A stretch of 35,354 nucleotides of DNA from a virus. The stretch's first letter is position 1; each line of letters starts with the position of its first letter. The position numbers and the translations under genes are program-made. Under the pieces are notes generated by a model. It saw only the letters and a list, made by a program, of their open reading frames with translations. It did not search any database and was not told where the DNA came from. Below, piece by piece: positions 27,155 through 35,354 of the stretch. Where the stretch lies: UHGV virus genome UHGV-0125936, one strand, 5' to 3'.

Positions 27155-28032
27155 GCTACAACTCCTGACGCGATGGCACGGAAACTTCCCCAGCCAAATG
27201 CCAGACGGTTGCGGCCACCATCTGTAACCCGGTCCACGATTCGCTCACCAATAGTCTCTTTCAGCTGGTCAAATGTGAGATTGCTGATCAGGATGGTTGG
27301 CAAAATGCTTTCGTACCGAGCATTGATAATTTCCTGCAGGATGGTCATTTCAGTCGGGCTGCCGAACTGAACACCAACTTCGTCGATAATCAGCAGATCC
27401 AGTGAAGCAAAGCGTTCAATGACGTCTTCCTCGGTCATTTCGGCATTGTGGCGCCATGTGCTTTTTACCGCTCGGGTGAGGCGCATGACATCGGTGATTT
27501 CCACATTCGCAAGGTGATCGCGGATGATGCTCTTTGCCATAGCCACTGCCAGGTGGTTTTTGCCGGTGCCGCAATTGCCGGTCATAACAAGCCCGGTACC
27601 GGCATTAAGTCGCTCAGGCCAGCTGCTGGCATAACGCTGACAAGCCGCGAGATTTTTGGCGGCATCCTGATTGATGGCCTGGTAGTTATCGAATTCACAT
27701 GCTTCGAACCGTCGTGCAATCCCGGCATTGTCTATCAGGTCGGCTACTCGTAATGCGCGCAGACTGGCTTCAATGTCAGCAAGTTCCGCTTTCACACACT
27801 CCGGGCACTGGGAGTGCTTAACATTTTCAACGCCACGATACGCTTTTCCAATGAGGGTAATACGCTCAAAATCGCCATGCTTCTCGCAGGTGGAGGTGCT
27901 GACTTCGCCTGACTCCCAGCTTCCCCATTGCCACGGTTTTTTATGCTCTACAGCGAAAGCCAGTTCTTCACTAAGCCCTTCACGTTTCGCCACCAGAGCT
28001 TCCCTTTCTTCACGTTGTTTGATACTCAGCAT
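27151..28032 (-). CDS. Helicase loader, DnaC/IstB-like AAA+ ATPase
   Basis: Walker A GNCGTGKNH and Walker B LLIIDEVG; overlaps DnaB-like start. Confidence 0.85.
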   Translation of the reverse strand: MLSIKQREEREALVAKREGLSEELAFAVEHKKPWQWGSWESGEVSTSTCEKHGDFERITLIGKAYRGVENVKHSQCPECVKAELADIEASLRALRVADLIDNAGIARRFEACEFDNYQAINQDAAKNLAACQRYASSWPERLNAGTGLVMTGNCGTGKNHLAVAMAKSIIRDHLANVEITDVMRLTRAVKSTWRHNAEMTEEDVIERFASLDLLIIDEVGVQFGSPTEMTILQEIINARYESILPTILISNLTFDQLKETIGERIVDRVTDGGRNRLAFGWGSFRAIASGVVA

Positions 28033-28047
28033 TGTGATTTCTCCTGC

Positions 28048-28857
28048 TTACCAGTTGCAGTCTGACTGGCCATAATCTTGCTCACTGAACCCGGACACCG
28101 GCAAACCTCCAGACCTTCCGTTTGTTGGGCCAGACGGTGCCTGCCATGCCTCTTCGAAATGCCGATCGGGACCAAAGAAAGTCGCCGCCTGTTTCACGTA
28201 CTGTGTTCCAGCACTACCTGTAGCACGGACATAACCGGCATAACGGTTTACGCCAGCCAGCATTGCCTCAGTGGTAACACCGTCTTTAATTCGAGCTTTC
28301 CAGGCTTTCCAGGCAGCGGCCTTGGAATTACCACCAGCACGTTTTGGGTATGCCTGCCATGCCTGCTCGAACTCGTTGGAATAGTTTCCCTTGGAAGAGC
28401 GATTTTCAGAATCGTTGTCAGATGAACCGTTATATTTAGGTTCTATGACTGATTCATTGACTGGTTCAAAAGAGTGACTGATTCTGGGTGCAGCTCCTGC
28501 ACTACCCCCTAGTGAATCTCCTGCACTATGGGGTGAATCTCCTGCACCAGGTAGTGAACTATTTGCACTACCCCCTAGTGAATCTCCTGCACTACTGAAA
28601 TCAAGGCGATAAACATTACTTGAGTTACCTTTTGGCCCCGGGCGAAGTTCTTTTTTTACCAAGCCGCATTCACACAAAGCATCAATGTGATTCATCACAG
28701 ATCGCTTACTGATTTCACACTGATCCGCTATGTGTTGATAGCTCGGCCAGCACTCACCGCGATCACTTGCGTTATCGGCCAACTTCAGGAGGACGAGCTT
28801 ACGAAGTGGATTACCTACCCTTACCTTCATTGCCTTAACCATCAATTCCATGCTCAT
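28048..28857 (-). CDS. Replication initiator (lambda O-like function) with internal ori iterons
   Basis: N-terminal winged-helix-like region (IADQCEISKRSVMNHIDAL); central repeated SAGDSLGGSA peptide encoded by DNA iterons; Trp/Lys-rich C-terminal domain. Confidence 0.65.
   Translation of the reverse strand: MSMELMVKAMKVRVGNPLRKLVLLKLADNASDRGECWPSYQHIADQCEISKRSVMNHIDALCECGLVKKELRPGPKGNSSNVYRLDFSSAGDSLGGSANSSLPGAGDSPHSAGDSLGGSAGAAPRISHSFEPVNESVIEPKYNGSSDNDSENRSSKGNYSNEFEQAWQAYPKRAGGNSKAAAWKAWKARIKDGVTTEAMLAGVNRYAGYVRATGSAGTQYVKQAATFFGPDRHFEEAWQAPSGPTNGRSGGLPVSGFSEQDYGQSDCNW
28498..28593. repeat. Origin iterons: 30-bp perfect direct repeat at 28498-28527 and 28564-28593 with a third 15-bp core copy between
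   Basis: Direct repeats read in sequence inside the initiator gene, as lambda ori lies within O. Confidence 0.6.
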
Positions 28858-28935
28858 GCGACACCCGCCAACACATTTTCGTTACTGAATTCAGCAAACA
28901 GCAAAGGCTCGCTGACGCAATAATGCCGTGACATG

Positions 28936-29148
28936 TCACACTCCTGAGGATGGGGGGAAAATATCCTCGATAGATAAGTTCTTACCGTTTTTTCTCAATA
29001 CTTCTACCAACTGATGGCATGTTTTAATATCAGGAGTTCGCCTTCCTGATTCGTAATGGCCAATAGAACTAATAGTCTGACCAATTTCCTCAGCCAGACC
29101 ACGCTGGGTAAGGTGAAGCGATAGTCTTAATTTTCTAAGATTGTTCAT
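28936..29148 (-). CDS. cro: Cro-like HTH repressor
   Basis: 70 aa; HTH LTQRGLAEEIGQTISSIGHYESG; divergent from cI; RBS GAGGAGG. Confidence 0.75.
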   Translation of the reverse strand: MNNLRKLRLSLHLTQRGLAEEIGQTISSIGHYESGRRTPDIKTCHQLVEVLRKNGKNLSIEDIFPPSSGV

Positions 29149-29256
29149 GGGTCCTCCTCATAGGAGAATCAAATGTACATTATGTAGTTTACATAATCAA
29201 ACAAATTGTACATATTGTGCATTGAGGAAAACTACACAAGGTGTATCATTTAGACC
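29149..29256. promoter_or_regulatory. OR-like region: divergent pR/pRM with TGTAC-core operators
   Basis: Palindromes aatgtacatt (29172-29181), tatgta-gtt-tacata (29181-29195), aattgtacat (29204-29213); candidate pR TTGATT/TACATT on - strand; candidate pRM TTGAGG/TATCAT ending about 7 nt before cI ATG. Confidence 0.55.
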
Positions 29257-29922
29257 ATGAAAAAACACTGGAACGAACTGGCTAAAACCAGACTGGCTGC
29301 GCTTGGAATGACCCAAGCAGAACTCTCTGAGAAGATGGGTGTAACTCAGGGTGCAATGGGCCATTGGCTTAACGGGCGAAGAAGTCCATCGCTAGCAGAC
29401 GTTGGCTCTATATTCCAGATCCTTGGAATATCTGGGGCTTCCATAAATCCAGACGGGACTTTCACTGTCTCGGAGGATCTAACCCTACCCCCTGTTAAAC
29501 AGCAGTATGAGTACCCCCTATTTACAACAGTGCAAGCTGGTCAGTTTGCTGATGTTGGAACGTTTACTGAGCGTGATGCTCTCCAGTGGATTCCTACAAC
29601 CAGAAAAGCTGGGCCGGACTCGTTTTGGCTTGAGGTAAGCGGGCATTCAATGACAGCCCCGCCAGGAACAAGACCAAGCTTCCCAGAAGGTATGTTGATT
29701 TTAGTTGATCCATCTGAGGATGTTGAACCAGGGGATTTTTGTGTTGCCGGCATACACAACGATTCAGAGGTTACTTTTAAGCGTTTCGTTCGAGAAGATG
29801 GTCAACCATGGCTGGAACCGCTAAACCCAAACCCTCGCTACCAAAGCATACCCTGTAATGAAAACTGCAGGATCATAGGCAAAGTAGTAAAAGCCCAATG
29901 GCCAGAAGATACTTTTGATTAA
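29257..29922 (+). CDS. cI: CI repressor (HTH + S24 LexA-like autopeptidase)
   Basis: N-terminal HTH ([23 protein letters not shown]); QAG candidate cleavage site; C-terminal GHSM...FKRF Ser-Lys dyad. Confidence 0.9.
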   Translation: MKKHWNELAKTRLAALGMTQAELSEKMGVTQGAMGHWLNGRRSPSLADVGSIFQILGISGASINPDGTFTVSEDLTLPPVKQQYEYPLFTTVQAGQFADVGTFTERDALQWIPTTRKAGPDSFWLEVSGHSMTAPPGTRPSFPEGMLILVDPSEDVEPGDFCVAGIHNDSEVTFKRFVREDGQPWLEPLNPNPRYQSIPCNENCRIIGKVVKAQWPEDTFD

Positions 29923-29939
29923 CCCTACCCACCCTTGAA

Positions 29940-29966
29940 GGCCGCAAATTATGCGGCCTTTTTTTT
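29940..29966 (+). terminator. Intrinsic terminator after cI
   Basis: 7-bp stem ggccgca/tgcggcc, loop aatta, followed by 8 T. Confidence 0.7.
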
Positions 29967-29982
29967 ATCTAGTGGTTACTAA

Positions 29983-30117
29983 AATTACATGATGTAATTT
30001 ATTTCCTCTTAATATTCATACACTTTGTACAAAAAGATGAAAATAATGTACGTTGCGTATAGACACAGGCATGTACGTTTTGTAGTATTCATTCATCGGC
30101 AAATAACGGAGCCTAAA
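29983..30117 (+). promoter_or_regulatory. OL/pL-like operator-promoter region
   Basis: 17-bp palindrome aattacat-g-atgtaatt (29983-29999), 10-bp palindrome tttgtacaaa (30024-30033), direct repeats atgtacgtt at 30046-30054 and 30071-30079; exact promoter hexamers not resolved. Confidence 0.5.
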
Positions 30118-30333
30118 ATGAATACTGAAACACTTAAATCAGAAAACGGTACGATTCATCAATTAGCTATGGATATTGATCGCGTCATTAACGCGCTTGA
30201 ATATGCTGAGTCAGATCCTGAGGTAGCATACAAACCCGCAGCACTCATTAAAATCTGTATCAATCAGCTCAAAAAAAATCTATCAGTTTTAAATAACGAT
30301 CTTGGGCACGATTGGCCGGAGAATAAGTCATGA
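30118..30333 (+). CDS. Hypothetical early protein
   Basis: 71 aa from MNTETLK with RBS GGAG; AT-rich. Confidence 0.45.
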   Translation: MNTETLKSENGTIHQLAMDIDRVINALEYAESDPEVAYKPAALIKICINQLKKNLSVLNNDLGHDWPENKS

Positions 30334-30548
30334 ATAATGAAATGGTTACTTTGAATAAAGAAGAAACTAGCAGAACAATTCTCGACTGGTCACATGATTT
30401 GCGTTGCTGCTCATGTTCATTATGGCTTCTTCTTGAGAATATGACGAGTATTGAAGAAGAACGAGAGCACGCACTTATTACTCTAGTAGTTCAAACACTA
30501 GATAAATTGAATAAAAGTGTCTCTGACTTCGACCCATATAAACTTTAA
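30330..30548 (+). CDS. Hypothetical early protein
   Basis: 72 aa; ATGA-overlap coupling with upstream gene. Confidence 0.45.
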   Translation: MNNEMVTLNKEETSRTILDWSHDLRCCSCSLWLLLENMTSIEEEREHALITLVVQTLDKLNKSVSDFDPYKL

Positions 30549-30619
30549 ACACTTAAGAATTTAATTAACGCCTTCACTTGTGTGGCTTCCTGCAACCTGA
30601 AAACAGGGTTAGGTTAAAA

Positions 30620-30736
30620 ATGACTTTCATCAAAGATAAAGCGGCATACAAAACAGCATGTCTTTTCTTTATGGTCTATGGCGACGAGTACCGCCATATA
30701 TCTGACCTTTTCATGCGTAAAGCTTACGGAGTCTGA
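30620..30736 (+). CDS. Hypothetical 38-aa micro-protein
   Basis: Short ORF MTFIKDKAAYKTACLFFMVYGDEYRHISDLFMRKAYGV ending 2 nt before next gene; weak RBS. Confidence 0.2.
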   Translation: MTFIKDKAAYKTACLFFMVYGDEYRHISDLFMRKAYGV

Positions 30737-30738
30737 AT

Positions 30739-30942
30739 ATGCTCAGTAGAGACAGTTCTCTAGAAACCGCAAAAAATACAGCAGATAACCTTTATCAATT
30801 AATGGAGTTAATCAACTCCAATATTATTGATATGGATATCGAGCAAATAATTTCCCTGTCTGGCCTCTGCCTTGACTTGTCGGCTCAGGTCTCAATGTGG
30901 ATGGATTCGGAGTTTGAACGTCGTGAAAAACAACGTAATTGA
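30739..30942 (+). CDS. Hypothetical early protein
   Basis: 67 aa; RBS GGAG. Confidence 0.4.
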   Translation: MLSRDSSLETAKNTADNLYQLMELINSNIIDMDIEQIISLSGLCLDLSAQVSMWMDSEFERREKQRN

Positions 30943-31333
30943 AACCTACCGCCGCCGAATTTTAAAGGCAGCGTTATTACGCCACCAGCGTAAAACGGGC
31001 AGTAACTGCCTTGTTATTAAGCTCAATAAAGGCGGTATTAACACGGTCGAGTTAACAGAGATTCTTCTCGATGGATTATTGAGAAAATTCGAAAGGCTTG
31101 CGATCAGTGAGTACGGGAATGTCGAAGGCGTAAAAGCTATCAAGGGAATTTACAGCAGCGCTGTTGATGTTAATGGCAGCGGTGAATTCCTTACGGATTG
31201 CGGGAAGGAATTAATCGACGAGCTCATTTCTGAGCTGGTTGAGTTCGTCAAAAAACAAAAAGTAGAGGCTCCGAAAACGGAGGGTCATGAAATGGGGGGA
31301 TCTGATGGCACTGACAGCGATACGAATTCCTGA
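30923..31333 (+). CDS. Hypothetical early protein (start uncertain: GTG 30923 or ATG 30872)
   Basis: 136-153 aa ORF; acidic C-terminus. Confidence 0.4.
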   Translation: MKNNVIETYRRRILKAALLRHQRKTGSNCLVIKLNKGGINTVELTEILLDGLLRKFERLAISEYGNVEGVKAIKGIYSSAVDVNGSGEFLTDCGKELIDELISELVEFVKKQKVEAPKTEGHEMGGSDGTDSDTNS

Positions 31334-31526
31334 GTGGGTTCACCTCAAAGCAGCACACGTTTTAAGCCAGTTCAGAGCAAGGCGCATTCACCCCTGCCGT
31401 ATGCACGGCTCCGGTAATTTGAGCCTCAAGGTTAACCACCGCTGGCGGCTACTCTCCCGCGATGGCGGCAAGAACTGGGAAGTAATGTCCCATGAGCGTT
31501 ATTCAAAAGTTAAGGATCGGAAATGA
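31305..31526 (+). CDS. Putative HigB/RelE-like toxin-fold protein
   Basis: 73 aa from MALTAIR (RBS GGGGGGA); C-terminal SGNLSLKVNHRWRLLSRDGGKNWEVMSHERY resembles recalled HigB core; stop overlaps next ATG. Confidence 0.35.
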   Translation: MALTAIRIPEWVHLKAAHVLSQFRARRIHPCRMHGSGNLSLKVNHRWRLLSRDGGKNWEVMSHERYSKVKDRK

Positions 31527-31936
31527 ACGATAAACGCACCGTAAGCACAATTGATCTGGCATTGCAGAAACACGATACGCCAGTTGGCCCGCTTTTCGTG
31601 GCAGTACGCCACGGACGCATTAAAAAATGCTTCACTCGAGACACAGCGATCCGCTATCTGGCGTTCTTCATGACCACCGAGGCTTTTGAGCGTTCAGGTT
31701 TTCCACAGCGTCACCCGCGGGTGCGTATTGATCGCGATGATATGGAGGTATGGCGAGACGGGGAAACAAAGGCGGAGTATCTGGCCGCCCACCAGCGTTG
31801 TATTCGCCGTCTGCGTCGTATCCTGGCGCGCAAGCGAGAAATGGAGAAATGGTGTGAAAAATGGGACGCAATGCACGAGCGCTACGTCAAAGAGGTGGAT
31901 GCATTGCAAGCCATCAAACCAGCAGGAGTGTATTGA
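31523..31936 (+). CDS. Hypothetical protein, translationally coupled to upstream toxin-like gene
   Basis: 137 aa basic protein; ATGA overlap with upstream gene. Confidence 0.45.
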   Translation: MNDKRTVSTIDLALQKHDTPVGPLFVAVRHGRIKKCFTRDTAIRYLAFFMTTEAFERSGFPQRHPRVRIDRDDMEVWRDGETKAEYLAAHQRCIRRLRRILARKREMEKWCEKWDAMHERYVKEVDALQAIKPAGVY

Positions 31937-32514
31937 TGGTTGATTCAACGTTTAACCCAGAGCCGACATCAACCGGCATCCGTTTTGGTAACCGCGTTAT
32001 TGGCTATTCCGTTGCGGTTCGCCAGCTCGACAACGGTAATTATGACAAACGAATTCCGGATGGATTAGATCTGCTGGCTTGCATCATGGAAGCGATTGAA
32101 AGCGGCTGGTTTACCCCGGGCATCGAGAAAGAAATCATCATTTGGCGCTGGATGCTGGTTGCCGTCTTCATTGCCGAGGAGCAGGAAAAGAACGGCACGG
32201 TTGAGGTTGCCAACGATTCTGGAGGGTTTGACACCGCAGTTATCTACTCCGGACAGCACGGTTCAATCAGTGTTTATCCTGCGCCAGAGCGGTTCGCACT
32301 CGCAAGCCATGTGGAAGGGTTAGCCATTGAGAAATACGGTCAGGAACTCGGCCAGCAGATGGCGCTGCGCATGTACCGGGACATGTTAGATACGGACGCT
32401 GAGAACGGGCTTCAACTCTCAAAAATGGGCCGGGAAGGTTTTAATCTCCTTCATGACAGCTTCATTGAACAGATTCAGAAAGAAGGTATGCCTGACAAGC
32501 CGGTTATGCACTGA
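31936..32514 (+). CDS. Hypothetical protein
   Basis: 192 aa from MVDSTFN (RBS AGGAG; 1-nt overlap with upstream stop). Confidence 0.45.
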   Translation: MVDSTFNPEPTSTGIRFGNRVIGYSVAVRQLDNGNYDKRIPDGLDLLACIMEAIESGWFTPGIEKEIIIWRWMLVAVFIAEEQEKNGTVEVANDSGGFDTAVIYSGQHGSISVYPAPERFALASHVEGLAIEKYGQELGQQMALRMYRDMLDTDAENGLQLSKMGREGFNLLHDSFIEQIQKEGMPDKPVMH

Positions 32515-32525
32515 GGAGGACGAAA

Positions 32526-33269
32526 ATGAACACAGTAACGATCAATAACAAACAGCTGCCGGCAGTCGAATATCGCGGTCAGCGCGTTGTGACATTCGCA
32601 ATGATTGACGAAGCTCACCAACGACCAGATGGAACAGCAGGACGTAATTTTCGTGAAAACAGGAACTACTTTGTCGAGGGGGTAGATTACGTTGAATTAG
32701 GTTCCGACGCTATACGCCGGGACCTTCCGGAAGGTGTGTTTTCTAAGTTTGCGCCCTCTGGAATTGTGCTTTTCGAATCTGGATATCTGATGGTGGCGAA
32801 GTCACTCACGGACGATCTGGCCTGGCAGGTTCAGCGTGAGCTGGTTAACAGCTATTTTCGCACTCGCGCACCGCTGACGGAAATCGAGATGATCGCCGTA
32901 ATGGCCGCCGATGCCGTTCGCCAGCAGAAGCGCCTGAATCATGTTGAAGAGCAGATCGAAACAGTCACAGAAGCTGTGGAGAACATCAAACGCGGGACCA
33001 TGCGCGCCGGATATGTTGGTTACCGCCAGGTGGTAGCTAAAAGCGGAATGAGTGACGCCAAGTGCCGGAATTTGGTCAATGCCTACCGCATCCCGACAGA
33101 CACGCACGAATTTATGACTCCAGACGGGCTTTTGTCACGTAGGGCCATCGTCGAACTGGAGCCGTTTATGGCCGCGTTTCGCCAGATGATGTCAGAAGCT
33201 GAGCCGCGCGGCACCCGCTGGTATCACCCTAAAATGGGCTTGTTCCAAGCGATCGGCTGGGAGGGGTAA
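32526..33269 (+). CDS. ORF6N-domain protein (antirepressor-like / DNA-binding)
   Basis: N-terminal VVTFAMIDEAHQRPDGTAGRNFRENRNYFVEGVDY resembles ORF6N/KilA-N-type domain by eye. Confidence 0.5.
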   Translation: MNTVTINNKQLPAVEYRGQRVVTFAMIDEAHQRPDGTAGRNFRENRNYFVEGVDYVELGSDAIRRDLPEGVFSKFAPSGIVLFESGYLMVAKSLTDDLAWQVQRELVNSYFRTRAPLTEIEMIAVMAADAVRQQKRLNHVEEQIETVTEAVENIKRGTMRAGYVGYRQVVAKSGMSDAKCRNLVNAYRIPTDTHEFMTPDGLLSRRAIVELEPFMAAFRQMMSEAEPRGTRWYHPKMGLFQAIGWEG

Positions 33270-33271
33270 CG

Positions 33272-33697
33272 GTGAAAAATAATGAAATATGGAATCCGGC
33301 TGGCTCTGTTGAGCTGGCCCACCAGCAAGCTCTGACATGGGTATCTGATGCCTACTTATTCCATCTGGTGAGTCTGCATCGTCGCCCGGTGTACCGCCAC
33401 CAGTACGGCGACATTTCGCTTAATCAGCCAGCATTGCAGGCATTCATCGATTCGTATCTGGAAGACAAGGGCTGGGATATGGAAAAACGCCGTGCCCATT
33501 ACATCAACATTCTGGACCTCATCAAATATATGCATCGCAGCAATTCGGACTTCATCGACTGGGGAACCGTGCCATCACTAACGCCCCGCGGGTTGCGCTG
33601 GATGAACGCCTGTTTCTCTAGGTTGGGAGACATGGTCAACAGCTGCGGTGGTTGGGAAAACTGCGTCGAGAAAAAAATGGAGGGTACTAATGCGTGA
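33272..33697 (+). CDS. Hypothetical protein
   Basis: 141 aa ORF upstream of excisionase. Confidence 0.45.
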   Translation: MKNNEIWNPAGSVELAHQQALTWVSDAYLFHLVSLHRRPVYRHQYGDISLNQPALQAFIDSYLEDKGWDMEKRRAHYINILDLIKYMHRSNSDFIDWGTVPSLTPRGLRWMNACFSRLGDMVNSCGGWENCVEKKMEGTNA

Positions 33698-33935
33698 TAC
33701 TGCCGATGTCGTTTTGCTGGTACCGAATGACTGGGTTAGCGAAAAGGTTCTGATTGCGGTTACCGGGCTCAAGCCCGGAACCATCCTCCGGGCCAGAAAA
33801 GAATGCTGGCTGGTTGGGCGGGAATATGTGCATGTTTCACCTGACGGAAATCCGAAACCTTCCAGCGAGTGCATGTATAACCGTAAAGCGGTCGATGCGT
33901 GGGTGGCCTCAATGAAAAACAAACAGCCTGGGTGA
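33690..33935 (+). CDS. xis: Putative excisionase
   Basis: 81 aa small basic protein immediately upstream of integrase; RBS GGAGGG; start at MRDTADV rather than ORF-track 33648. Confidence 0.5.
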   Translation: MRDTADVVLLVPNDWVSEKVLIAVTGLKPGTILRARKECWLVGREYVHVSPDGNPKPSSECMYNRKAVDAWVASMKNKQPG

Positions 33936-33990
33936 TCTGAGGCCATGAAAAAGGTAATCTCATATCGCTCTTGGGCGTCTGGAGGAATCA

Positions 33991-35304
33991 ATGGATAAAG
34001 TTACATATCCAACAGGCGTCGAAAACCACGGTGGCACATTGCGCATCTGGTTTAATTTCAAAGGTAAGCGTGTCAGGGAGAGCCTCGGTGTCCCTGACAC
34101 CGCTAAGAACAGGAAGATCGCCGGGGAACTGCGGACATCGGTATGCTTTGCCATCAGAACAGGCACATTTGAGTACGCGGCACAGTTTCCGGACTCCCCT
34201 AACCTCAAGACTTTTGGGGTGGGTAAGAAAGAAATTACAGTGTCAGAGCTTGCCGAAAAGTGGCTGGATCTGAAGAGAATGGAAATCTGCGCGAACGCAC
34301 TCAACCGTTATGAGTCGGTCACAAGGAATATGGTGCCAAGGATCGGGGGGAATCGGCTGGTATCGGCGGTGACTAAAGAGGAATTACTGTATATCAGGAA
34401 AGATTTACTGATCGGTCACCAGATGCCAATGAAGGGGAAGGTCCCGGCAAAAGGACGAAGTGTTGTCACCGTAAATTATTACATGACAACTATTGCCGGA
34501 ATGTTTCAGTTTGCCGCAGATCACGGTTATTTAGAGGTGAACCCATTCGACGGGATAAAGCCTCTTAAAAAAGCCAGGGCAGAGCCAGATCCGCTAACTC
34601 GTGACGAATTTATTCGCCTGATTGATGCATGCCGGCATCAGCAGACGAAAAACCTGTGGTCACTCGCATTATACACAGGGGTCCGTCATGGGGAGCTGAC
34701 CTCCCTGGCCTGGGAGGATATCGATCTTGAAGCTGGAACAATAACAATCAGGCGTAATTATACAAAACTGGGTGAATTCACTCTACCGAAAACTGAGGCC
34801 AGTACCAACAGAGTGATACACCTCATTCAGCCTGCGATCAGCGTCCTGAGGAATCAGGCGGAAATGACCAGGCTTGGAAAAAAGCATCAGATCGATGTTC
34901 AGCTGCGCGAATACGGCAGAACTGAGAGCCACGAGTGTACATTTGTTTTCAACCCTCAACTGGTCAGAAGATGTCAGCAGGTGGGGATCATCTACAAAGT
35001 CGACTCGATAGGTGATTTATGGGACGCAGCGATGAAGCGAGCAGGGATAAGGCACAGGAAAGCATATCAGTCGCGTCACACGTATGCATGCTGGTCACTG
35101 TCAGCTGGCGCTAACCCCAGCTTCATTGCCAGTCAGATGGGCCATGCGAGCGCCCAGATGGTCTTCAACGTATATGGTGCGTGGATGGCAGACAGCAGTA
35201 GTGAGCAGATCGCAATGCTGAATCAGAGGCTCGCGGATTTTGCCCCACAGATGCCCCAAAGCATACCTAGCGGCACCAGAGCATTATTGAAATCAGTAAG
35301 TTAG
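33991..35304 (+). CDS. int: Tyrosine integrase
   Basis: 437 aa; C-terminal catalytic region with R...HxxR...Y pattern (RHTYACWSL, GHASAQMVFNVYGAW); terminal position. Confidence 0.9.
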   Translation: MDKVTYPTGVENHGGTLRIWFNFKGKRVRESLGVPDTAKNRKIAGELRTSVCFAIRTGTFEYAAQFPDSPNLKTFGVGKKEITVSELAEKWLDLKRMEICANALNRYESVTRNMVPRIGGNRLVSAVTKEELLYIRKDLLIGHQMPMKGKVPAKGRSVVTVNYYMTTIAGMFQFAADHGYLEVNPFDGIKPLKKARAEPDPLTRDEFIRLIDACRHQQTKNLWSLALYTGVRHGELTSLAWEDIDLEAGTITIRRNYTKLGEFTLPKTEASTNRVIHLIQPAISVLRNQAEMTRLGKKHQIDVQLREYGRTESHECTFVFNPQLVRRCQQVGIIYKVDSIGDLWDAAMKRAGIRHRKAYQSRHTYACWSLSAGANPSFIASQMGHASAQMVFNVYGAWMADSSSEQIAMLNQRLADFAPQMPQSIPSGTRALLKSVS

Positions 35305-35354
35305 TTAATAACGCCCGACATGTTAACTGCGTGGAGGGCAATACCACGCTGTAC

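Larger units (their letters stand above)
1..35354. mobile_element. Lambdoid (HK97-like head/tail) prophage, left end truncated by window; gene order int-xis-early left-cI-cro-replication-Q-lysis-terminase-head-tail-J
   Basis: Contiguous phage modules in canonical lambda prophage order; integrase at right end; J tail-tip gene runs off left edge. Confidence 0.85.

Noticed and set aside
28498-28593. Possible CRISPR-like repeat array
   Set aside because: Only two or three copies, located inside a replication initiator gene and encoding a peptide repeat; consistent with ori iterons, no cas genes
28857-28936. cII-like gene between cro and the replication initiator
   Set aside because: The gap is only about 78 bp with no ORF; a cII-type regulator appears absent or encoded elsewhere
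33648-33935. 95-aa excisionase ORF start at 33648
   Set aside because: The upstream portion overlaps the preceding gene; ATG at 33690 with a GGAGGG RBS is more plausible
35305-35354. Attachment site / tRNA target downstream of integrase
   Set aside because: Only 50 bp remain after the int stop; no tRNA-like sequence or core repeat can be identified without the other prophage end

Overview
The window is almost entirely one lambdoid, HK97-like siphovirus prophage, read right to left in classical lambda prophage order. From high to low coordinates: tyrosine integrase and excisionase at the right end (+ strand), an AT-rich early-left operon of small unknown genes, cI (+) and cro (-) flanking a TGTAC-core operator region, a replication module (iteron-bearing O-like initiator, DnaC-like loader, DnaB-like helicase), Q antiterminator with pR'/tR', a lysis cassette (two membrane proteins, GH19 endolysin, embedded Rz/Rz1), a cargo region, terminase-associated HNH, candidate cos, TerS/TerL, portal, HK97-type protease and capsid, head-tail joining genes, major tail protein, G/G-T chaperone, a YebO/HK97-gp15-like moron, tape measure, and lambda M/L/K/I/J-like tail-tip genes. 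J runs off the left edge. No rRNA, tRNA or CRISPR array was seen. The best candidate for an undescribed system is the late-region cargo cassette at 18035-21469: a protein sharing fibre motifs with J in this same window, followed by a two-domain family-2 glycosyltransferase and a second glycosyltransferase-like gene, split by an HNH-AP2 homing endonuclease. Next to it is a divergently transcribed retropepsin-like aspartic protease moron. A possible HigB/RelE-like toxin pair sits in the early-left operon. All calls come from reading the translations and DNA by eye; no database search, HMM or folding was run, so family names are inferences to be verified.
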